Positions 52,028 through 59,397 of a DNA stretch of 64,000 bases are shown piece after piece; within the stretch, counting starts at the first letter, position 1, and each line of letters opens with the position of its first letter. Location of the stretch: the IMG/VR virus record IMGVR_UViG_3300015615_000629, positions 128,001 through 192,000 of that record; one strand, given 5' to 3'. Under the pieces are notes generated by a model. The model was not told the origin of the DNA. It made no database searches and was given only the letters and a program-made list of their open reading frames with translations. Source of the stretch: a virus. Taxonomy: Duplodnaviria; Heunggongvirae; Uroviricota; Caudoviricetes. The translations under genes were made by a program, and so were the position numbers.

Positions 52028-53046
52028 TAGTCACCTCTTCTTCGCTTGGTTTTTCTTACAGATTGAAAACCAAATACCGAATCTTTATCATCCTTGGAGT
52101 CTGGCATTTCTTCGTCCATTGATTTGAGGATTTCGATGGCTTCATCGTAAGGATCGCCAAGAATACAAACCGCCGAGAAAAGTTCTTTTAGGTGAGCAAT
52201 GGACATACCATCTGTATCTTCTACCCAAACTTTAAGATTAACCTTTTTCTCAATATCTTTCTTAATGGTTTCATCTTTGACTTGGCTCATAAGATGTTTG
52301 AAATAAATCTTCCTTGATTCGTCGCCTGGGGGCGGCATTTTAAAGCGGCGATCAAAGCGAGACGGACGATTGATAATACGTTGGCCGAGTCTTTCCGGAT
52401 AGTTCGTTGTCGCCAAAAACACCGTTCTATCAATCTTCTCAACACCATCCAAGATATTCAATACTTCCGATTCAGAGTAAATTTCTAGTGTCGAATCGAT
52501 GTCCTCCATTAGGACAACCAAAGGCGTTTCTGGTTGGATTTCTCTAAAAATTCTGATTCCATCCGTGAAAAGACCTGGATCACCGAAGTTGAATACAACG
52601 CCACCACGGAGAATTACATCTGCCATGATAAGTTGAATTGTTGAACTTTTTCCGGAACCCGGAGGGCCTAATAATAGGATACCCCTCTTGTGGGGGATGT
52701 TGTATTCTTGATAAACTTTACGTAATTCCCAGAACTTTTTAATTTCAGAAATTACTTTTTCTGAATTAGTTTCTGGGAATTGAATTAAACCCTCTGTTTT
52801 AACGGGGATTTTTCGAAAAAAGAGTCCTTTGGTGTTGCTTATGTCAATAGAATAAGTAGCTGGAGGAAGAGTGTCGAATGTATTGCCAGCAGGATAAAAC
52901 CTATTTCCATCACCGCTGGTCCATTGGGACAACTTTTCATTAAACATTTCTTTTGATTTGTCGTAATACGGAGATTCCTCCCCGACAGGAAAAACTTCAT
53001 CTATTCTTCTAAAGAGTTCGGCTGGAGTACATGGTTTTTCATTCAT
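52024..53046 (-). CDS. classical-clade AAA ATPase
   Basis: RGILLLGPPGSGKS, MEDID, ATTNYPE, RPSRFDR. Confidence 0.9.
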   Translation of the reverse strand: MNEKPCTPAELFRRIDEVFPVGEESPYYDKSKEMFNEKLSQWTSGDGNRFYPAGNTFDTLPPATYSIDISNTKGLFFRKIPVKTEGLIQFPETNSEKVISEIKKFWELRKVYQEYNIPHKRGILLLGPPGSGKSSTIQLIMADVILRGGVVFNFGDPGLFTDGIRIFREIQPETPLVVLMEDIDSTLEIYSESEVLNILDGVEKIDRTVFLATTNYPERLGQRIINRPSRFDRRFKMPPPGDESRKIYFKHLMSQVKDETIKKDIEKKVNLKVWVEDTDGMSIAHLKELFSAVCILGDPYDEAIEILKSMDEEMPDSKDDKDSVFGFQSVRKTKRRRGDY

Positions 53047-53071
53047 GTCCGGATTGTAGGTAGAAATAAAT

Positions 53072-54004
53072 TTAAATACAAGACGAAATCTTGCGGTGTT
53101 TTGTCACGGCTTCACAGAATTCGTAAAGTTGTTCTTCTGAGAAAGTAAATTTTGCATAATTTGCAATACAGGAGACAAATTGAATATTGTCTTTGAGGTA
53201 TCCTCGTGAAGAGTCAATCCTGTCAACGCTGGCTTTGTCGGGAGTAAATGGTATCCATCTTTTCCCATTACAATTAGGCAACTTTAAGTTCCAACCAGTA
53301 TATGGGCAAATACCGCCTTGTTTGTCCCATTGCTTTTTTAAATCTTCTAAAGTAACAAACACAACTTTTCGTTTGTTGGAGTGCCGTTTCATTGAACCAA
53401 ACAAAATTTTAAATGGAGAATATTCATCTTTGCCATTAAAAGCAATACTATTCTCTGGTGAAATTTTTGGATTTACAACCGAATAACAAAAGTTAAATAA
53501 ATCCATCTCTGAAAAGGAGTTTTTTGCCAAATTACCAATATATGCAATAAAATGAATGTTATCTAATGCGTAATCTTTTTTGGAATCAATTCTATCAACA
53601 CTCGCCTGTTCTGGAATTTGCCCTAACGGAAATTTCATGTTTCGAGGCAATTTCAAACCCCATCCTGTGTAATGGCATATTCCATTTTGTTTTTCCCAAA
53701 TATTTTTCAAATCAGCCAGAGCAACACGGCAGTTAATACCGCGTTTATTTTTATTCATGCTTCTATAAAGCAATCTAAATGGAGAAAATTCATCAGTCGA
53801 AGAATATATTAATGAATTTTCTTTCGTCCAAGCATATGGCTTACCAACGTCTTTAATGTGCTTTATATTGATCGAACTGTTAGCAGAGCATTTTAAAGAA
53901 CAATAAACTCGTCGTCCCTTTTTGACATTTCTTTTTACCTCATTTGCCCTTCGACTAAATATTTGGCCGCATGTTTCGCATATAAGTTCAACTAATTTTC
54001 TCAT
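53072..54004 (-). CDS. free-standing double HNH-like endonuclease
   Basis: N-terminal Zn ribbon plus two repeats of Q.GIC.YTGW.LKLP...ASVDRIDS...Y..DNI.F.....N.AK. Confidence 0.8.
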   Translation of the reverse strand: MRKLVELICETCGQIFSRRANEVKRNVKKGRRVYCSLKCSANSSINIKHIKDVGKPYAWTKENSLIYSSTDEFSPFRLLYRSMNKNKRGINCRVALADLKNIWEKQNGICHYTGWGLKLPRNMKFPLGQIPEQASVDRIDSKKDYALDNIHFIAYIGNLAKNSFSEMDLFNFCYSVVNPKISPENSIAFNGKDEYSPFKILFGSMKRHSNKRKVVFVTLEDLKKQWDKQGGICPYTGWNLKLPNCNGKRWIPFTPDKASVDRIDSSRGYLKDNIQFVSCIANYAKFTFSEEQLYEFCEAVTKHRKISSCI

Positions 54005-54030
54005 ATTGGTAAACTAGTAATTTACCAATA
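54004..54030 (-). promoter_or_regulatory. hairpin covering the endonuclease translation start
   Basis: Perfect 10-bp stem TATTGGTAAA/TTTACCAATA that includes the A of the ATG. Confidence 0.55.
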
Positions 54031-54060
54031 AAAAAGCCCACGAAAATTAATTCGTGGGCT
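54029..54060 (-). terminator. terminator downstream of tmRNA
   Basis: AGCCCACGAA/TTCGTGGGCT stem followed by a T-run. Confidence 0.85.
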
Positions 54061-54063
54061 TAG

Positions 54064-54419
54064 TGGACGAGCCGAGTATGACCTCGGGTCTTATCCGAAA
54101 TGTAGAAGAATCTCATTTCACAGGTTTAGTTCGTTGTTTAATCTCGCCGAATCAACGCACAACAAACAAAGCGTTTATCCGGCCAGCAGAAACTTTATTT
54201 AAGCCCAACCGTATCCGCAATGGATTGAGCCGATCTGAGTTTGGCAAACAAATTCAAGACGCTCTCAGATAGCTTCCTAAATTTGTGCTGCTTTTAATTA
54301 AGCAGCGATTGCAAGATCATTGCCAATTAAGGCGTTTAGTCGAGTTTTAGGGAAGACCTCTCGACCAACTTCCACCTGCGATTCGGCGACACTTTCGAAT
54401 AATCGAAACGTTCTCGCCC
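54064..54419 (-). ncRNA. ssrA: tmRNA
   Basis: Acceptor stem GGGCGAG/CTCGTCC with G3.U70 and discriminator A; tag frame GNDLAIAA* at 54324-54298; 356 nt; flanked by promoter and terminator. Confidence 0.92.
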
Positions 54420-54429
54420 GTATGGTGCT

Positions 54430-54457
54430 ATCTTAGCACAATCTCATCCCTTGTCAA
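54430..54457 (-). promoter_or_regulatory. sigma70-type promoter of tmRNA
   Basis: TTGACA, 16-nt spacer ending TGTGC, TAAGAT. Confidence 0.75.
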
Positions 54458-54487
54458 GTATCTATGGAGGATTTCTGCATTTTGTAT

Positions 54488-55360
54488 CTATCTATCGAGC
54501 ATTTCTTTATGAATGGTCAAAAACTCAGGAGCAATAACGCCTTTGTAGCCAATAGATTCGATTGACAAATAGGATGTCATAAAATGTGGATAATATCCTT
54601 TTGGATGAGTTATGCCTTCTAAATCGTCCCCTACATAATTTGGATTTTGATCATTTGACAGAACATCTTCGTCTATAACTATTTTTGAATAATCTGATAA
54701 AGCCTCACCGGCCACCTTGATAATTACTGAATCGTCCTCGTATTCCCCCATCAAAAACTTGCAATTCTCTACTGCGTCGTTCTCGTTTGATGTCAAATAA
54801 ATAACTTTTTGAATTGATATTTTAGAATTGTTATAACTTCCCATTCCATCTTCTCTAGATGGTATTAATCCATCTTTTAAGATAGAGGGGAGCCGTTCTT
54901 TCAATGTGGCATGATACCATGTGTCTTCTTGAATTGTCTTTAGAACTCTAAGCCCAAAACGTTTATTGGATACACGTTTTTGTTCTTTGCCCCATGTTTG
55001 ATATTGTCCAATTATTTCTTTAACTTTACCTAAAGTTTCCGGCAACTTACCAAATATCTTCCCATTTATAAAAACGTTAAAATTATTTAATGTTCCTAGT
55101 TTAGCCAACATCTTAAGAAATGCTGTGGTATGAGGATCGTATTCTGCCTTTTCATCATTTATGATAATTTTGTTATTTTTAGAATCTAGAAAATAACCAT
55201 ATTTAGTATCAATAGCATTTACACAAACCCAACCTTCTGGTGTTGCTGAAAACGATAAAATTCCATTTGTTTTAAACGCCTCTTTAGAGAGAGGACTTAA
55301 ATATTCCGGAATTTGTCTTAAATTCTCACAAATCAGCCATTCCGAAAACTCCATAATCAT
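54488..55360 (-). CDS. ADP-ribosyltransferase-fold protein with CTS-like N-terminus (putative)
   Basis: MEFSEWLICE; WYHAT...SILKDGLIPS...IYLT...DED...IGYKGVI; TAGATA 4 nt upstream. Confidence 0.55.
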   Translation of the reverse strand: MIMEFSEWLICENLRQIPEYLSPLSKEAFKTNGILSFSATPEGWVCVNAIDTKYGYFLDSKNNKIIINDEKAEYDPHTTAFLKMLAKLGTLNNFNVFINGKIFGKLPETLGKVKEIIGQYQTWGKEQKRVSNKRFGLRVLKTIQEDTWYHATLKERLPSILKDGLIPSREDGMGSYNNSKISIQKVIYLTSNENDAVENCKFLMGEYEDDSVIIKVAGEALSDYSKIVIDEDVLSNDQNPNYVGDDLEGITHPKGYYPHFMTSYLSIESIGYKGVIAPEFLTIHKEMLDR

Positions 55361-55417
55361 TCTTTATCTATCATAACCTGCAACAAAATTAACGCTAAAT
55401 CGGCTAGATACCCTTAT

Positions 55418-55591
55418 ATGAAACGAGATACTAAAAATGCCATGTTGGGTGGTGTTTGTGCCGGGTTGGCCAAAGCAACGGAAACCGACGTACTTCTTTG
55501 GCGTATTGGTTTTGCTTTGTTAACGCTTGCCGGATTTAGCTTGGGCTTCTGGATTTACTTACTTCTCTGGATATTAACCGAAAAGGAATAA
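55418..55591 (+). CDS. PspC-domain membrane protein (not in ORF track)
   Basis: MKRDTKNAMLGGVCAGLA...DVLLWRIGF...IYLLLWIL. Confidence 0.85.
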   Translation: MKRDTKNAMLGGVCAGLAKATETDVLLWRIGFALLTLAGFSLGFWIYLLLWILTEKE

Positions 55592-55594
55592 GAA

Positions 55595-56686
55595 ATGAAA
55601 TTTGACGAATATTTGAACGCTAAGGGCAATATCGACAAGCCTAAAGTAAAAGTTGTTGCCGACTATGAAGGCCCCAAGGGCGTTGAAGATAAAGCAGCAA
55701 AGAAAAATTGCTGCAAAATGAAGAGCCTAAAAGAATATTTGGATGAAAAAGGCAAGATTACCGAACCTAAAGTCGAATTAGTGGCTGATTATAAAGGCCC
55801 AGACCCTGTTTCTCCGGAACAAGGCGGCTCAAAAACAAAGCCTTATCGTGCGACCGCAAGTAATGAATCTGCTCCAAAGGGAGAATGTGGTTTTGGAGAT
55901 AAAGGCGATAAGAATTTAATTTATGAACCAGACGTAGAAATTAAAGGTAAAAACACCGCTATTCCAGGCGGCAAAACCCTTGCCAAGGAAACACTTACAA
56001 AAACGGAACAGTTTTTAAATAAAACCAAAAATATGTCTTTGGATGAATTTACAGATTATATGTTACAAGAATGCTGTGGAGACGGGGCTACCGAAGATTT
56101 GCCGACAGTAACAGCTTATACTGCTGGTAAGTTTCATCCATTTCCGCCAGAAGCCATCAAATACATTACGGCTTTGTCCGGTAAAAATGGTGGAATTATG
56201 GAAAGTTTAGTTAATGAGATGAAGCGTCAAAAACTTGGTGGTGCTCTTGTCAAGACTTTAATGGATCATCCGGAGATTTATGATGAAATTACTAGTCTTC
56301 TAGGCGATCCGGATGGTGGTTCAAAGAGAAGTCAATCTTTGGCTCGCAGCATGAATGAGCATTACAATAAATTTCTAGATGAACAATCCGCCCTTTATGA
56401 ATCTGTTGGGCCGCCGATGGGAATGGGCATGGATGACGAAGATGAGGACGATGATGATGACGAAGAAAGCGATCATGATGGTTCTGAATTAATGGACGAA
56501 CCAGAAGATGCTGAAAACGACGACCAAGGCGAAGATGATGAGATTGAGCCATCGGATGATGAGGAACCGATGGATCACGAAGATATGCCAAAAGAGAAAA
56601 AGTTAAAGAAACGTTTTGCTCATCACAACATGATCGATGCTATGAAGGATCATGAACCAATGCGTCAATACATGAGTGGTTATTAA
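55595..56686 (+). CDS. acidic putative internal head/scaffold protein
   Basis: Duplicated N-terminal motif (KFDEYLNAKG..PKV..VADY.GP and KSLKEYLDEKG..PKV..VADY.GP); D/E-rich tail. Confidence 0.55.
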   Translation: MKFDEYLNAKGNIDKPKVKVVADYEGPKGVEDKAAKKNCCKMKSLKEYLDEKGKITEPKVELVADYKGPDPVSPEQGGSKTKPYRATASNESAPKGECGFGDKGDKNLIYEPDVEIKGKNTAIPGGKTLAKETLTKTEQFLNKTKNMSLDEFTDYMLQECCGDGATEDLPTVTAYTAGKFHPFPPEAIKYITALSGKNGGIMESLVNEMKRQKLGGALVKTLMDHPEIYDEITSLLGDPDGGSKRSQSLARSMNEHYNKFLDEQSALYESVGPPMGMGMDDEDEDDDDDEESDHDGSELMDEPEDAENDDQGEDDEIEPSDDEEPMDHEDMPKEKKLKKRFAHHNMIDAMKDHEPMRQYMSGY

Positions 56687-56997
56687 TGAAAACTTTCAAT
56701 GAGTGGTTAGAGCAAAATGGCATTCCAATTCATCCAATTTCTCAAAACAACCAACAATCTTTTGTTCTTGCTTTTAAACAAAAAGTAGGACAATATCTTC
56801 CACAAGTTAAACAAGCAGGTATAGACATACAGGCTCACGATGATCGCGGCACTTTTTCTGTTGGTATTGGACAACAAGCAAAAGAATTTAATTTTAACCA
56901 AGGATCAGAAGCCGCTATTTTTGCTTTAACTCTGTTGCAAAACCATTTAAGAGGGCAACAAGGTGGAGCATACCCTTCAGGCCAAGACCATTTTTAA
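56686..56997 (+). CDS. small protein with CTS-like N-terminus
   Basis: MKTFNEWLEQ. Confidence 0.6.
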   Translation: MKTFNEWLEQNGIPIHPISQNNQQSFVLAFKQKVGQYLPQVKQAGIDIQAHDDRGTFSVGIGQQAKEFNFNQGSEAAIFALTLLQNHLRGQQGGAYPSGQDHF

Positions 56998-57004
56998 TGT
57001 ATTT

Positions 57005-57150
57005 GCCAGCGCGACACGATATACCGCCGCTGGCGGGGCGGTTGAAAGGAGGCACTCCCGCAGGGACACCACGGGGTTTCTCAAGGCTCATGTCGTCACC
57101 TATCCCTGTTGCTCTATGGCAACTACCGACGGGATCAGCGGCTGCGCTGA
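57005..57150 (-). ncRNA. unassigned structured RNA candidate
   Basis: GC-rich intergenic island with nested stems CAGCGC/GCGCTG, GCCGCTG/CAGCGGC, ATCCC/GGGAT, GTTGC/GCAAC and CCCGTGG/CTGCGGG; G.U pairs favour the minus strand. Confidence 0.5.
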
Positions 57151-57151
57151 A

Positions 57152-57439
57152 CTACTTATGAAACTTATGCGTTTTGCCTCTAAAATGGGCTTGGTCGCCA
57201 AGCATTGTATCACCGATTATATCAGCTGCTTGGTCTAAAAGTTGGGCTGCTTTAAAAATTTGTTCGTGGTGTGCCTGGAATTCTGGGTCTAGGTTAAAAG
57301 TCGTTCTGAGATTTCTTGCCAAAGTACGAATCTGGTTTTCTGCTCCGGAAATATGGTGCGGCATCAACGGCGGGCCATCGAGTTTTTGATCGTAATTCAT
57401 TTCGTTTAGTCTCGAAGACCATTCAAAGAAATTTTTCAT
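57152..57439 (-). CDS. small protein with CTS-like N-terminus
   Basis: MKNFFEW..RLNE; TATATA 4 nt upstream. Confidence 0.6.
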   Translation of the reverse strand: MKNFFEWSSRLNEMNYDQKLDGPPLMPHHISGAENQIRTLARNLRTTFNLDPEFQAHHEQIFKAAQLLDQAADIIGDTMLGDQAHFRGKTHKFHK

Positions 57440-58309
57440 GCCTTATATATTGCTTTTCTTGTCGAATCTAACCACCAGATATTCAAGGATAGCGGCTGAA
57501 AAAGCTAAAACACCAGCAAAAGCGATAAATTCAGTTGATTTTAACACTGCGGCGATCAAACCTAAAGAAACGCTCAATAAGGCAAAAAATACGGCTACTA
57601 ACTCGATTTTATTCCACATTTTGCTTTACCATGTAATCGTTTGAATCAGAATGGTTTTTTTGGCATATTCTTCAGGAATAGGAATTTCTTCATTAGACCA
57701 TTTGACAGGTACTTCAAATGTAGATGTTTCAGTTTTAAAACCAAACCCATTTTCTGTTAATTTTTCACGTAATCGAGCTACGAGATTTTTATCGCTACTA
57801 TCTAATATTTTAGCAACTACCCTTCTGCCGGCACATTTGGCTACTTTTTCTACTTCAGCCATAAGTTTATCATAATGTTCTGTTACTTTTGCCTCGAATC
57901 GTTCAATCTCCGCAGCCTTTTCTTTTTCTGCTTGTTCTTGATATAATCTATCTCTTTCTTGTTTTTCAAGTTCAACGACTGGACGCATTTCTTCTGCTAT
58001 TTTTCTGGCTTCTTCGGCATTCATATTACAATCCATGTTCCTCGGCTTTTTCCAGAGCGTATTCTAGCACCTTTGCGAGCCCAGGCCAATCATCACACAG
58101 ACTTTTTTCATCGTCACGCATGAAAGCGTAGTAAAAATATCCTGGCTTATTAGGGACTTCTCCCTGTGGTTCGCCTTCCCAAAAGGAAGCTTCGGCAACT
58201 CTTAAGTATTTACCATTGCCGTGCAATTCAACTGTCCAGCAGGTGGCACCATAGCCATCATCAATGTCGATTTTGGCACATCGAGATTTATGCCCTGCAT
58301 TCCATTTTT

Positions 58310-58579
58310 CTAGACGTTCGATGAGATCCATTTTTTGTTTCCTCTGCTACTATTACATGGCATGCAAGACAAAGCCAAATTTTCAATATTATCCATTCCA
58401 CCTTTTGATTTAGGCAAGATATGGTCTAATGTAGCATAATCTGCCCCGATCCCATTGATAGAAAGTGGTTTGCCACAATGACAGCAATTTCGGTTTTTCG
58501 GATTATTCCATAAGATGAAACGCTTTTCGGCCATTAAACGTTGTTCTGCCCTACTAGGCATTTCTTTGTTTCCTAACAA
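58310..58579 (-). CDS. HNH endonuclease
   Basis: CCHCG...ATLDHILPKSKGG..NIENLALSCMPCNSSRG. Confidence 0.9.
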   Translation of the reverse strand: MLGNKEMPSRAEQRLMAEKRFILWNNPKNRNCCHCGKPLSINGIGADYATLDHILPKSKGGMDNIENLALSCMPCNSSRGNKKWISSNV

Positions 58580-58887
58580 TAGGGATAATGTGAATGTCCG
58601 CTTAGAAGTGGTGCTTCTCGCCCGCTACCATCTGCAAAATAACGTTCTTCTATTGTTTTAATTGGATAATCAAAAACTAAAATAGTTCCGTCTTGCTTTG
58701 TTAGTTCTGTGACCCCATAACTCCCAGGAATTAGAATTCTGGTTCTTCCCACATCCCAACCATTTTCTTTGGTTATCATTATTCCTTCAAATTGTCCATA
58801 TCTAACCCGTTCTTCTCTGCCATCTATATAAACATGTGTGCATTCTGTAGGTTGGGAAAAAGTAAATTGTTTAGCAAATTGTTCCAT
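58573..58887 (-). CDS. hypothetical protein (tandem paralog A)
   Basis: CTHVY.DGREERVRYG...TIEE.YF.DGSGREA shared with the next gene. Confidence 0.7.
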   Translation of the reverse strand: MEQFAKQFTFSQPTECTHVYIDGREERVRYGQFEGIMITKENGWDVGRTRILIPGSYGVTELTKQDGTILVFDYPIKTIEERYFADGSGREAPLLSGHSHYPYC

Positions 58888-58905
58888 AATTTATCTCATG
58901 CTGGA

Positions 58906-59181
58906 TTAATATGATCTTTTTGCTTCTCTGCCGCTACCATCGCCAAAATATTGTTCTTCTATGGTAAAAAATGGTTCATCGAAAATAACGATTGTCCCAT
59001 CTTCTTTAGTGACTTCTGAAACAATCCATCTTGGCATCCTAATTTCATTTCTATTAACTGGCCAGCCGTTTTCATGAGTAATAATTATTACTTCGGTATA
59101 ACCGTATCGCACACGTTCTTCGCGGCCATCCGGATAAACATGTGTACAAGTCGTTGGTCGCGGAAACATTAACCGTTTCAT
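58906..59181 (-). CDS. hypothetical protein (tandem paralog B)
   Basis: Paralog of 58573-58887; start at MKRLMF assumed. Confidence 0.7.
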   Translation of the reverse strand: MKRLMFPRPTTCTHVYPDGREERVRYGYTEVIIITHENGWPVNRNEIRMPRWIVSEVTKEDGTIVIFDEPFFTIEEQYFGDGSGREAKRSY

Positions 59182-59397
59182 AAATAATTCTCTATCTTGG
59201 GTTTGGGTTCCAATTGTCCCAACCGTATTCCCAAACCGCACGCCAAACCTTTAGACGATGCGGATTATCTTTTCTACTTATTCCTTGTGTTTGTGCTAAT
59301 CTTCCTTCTTGCCAAACTTTATGCCATTCTTCTTTAAATGGCCCATTGAAATAAGTCTGGACCGCAAGGGCTCCCGCAATATTTCTCGCTTGTTCAT

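Noticed and set aside
56430-56585. GAT/GAC/GAA-rich repeat-like DNA
   Set aside because: Low-complexity codons of an acidic protein tail, not a DNA repeat element
57005-57150. HDV-like or hammerhead ribozyme
   Set aside because: A 7-bp G-started stem followed by GG exists, but the P3/L3 and J4/2 elements and the CUGAnGA/GAAA core could not be placed
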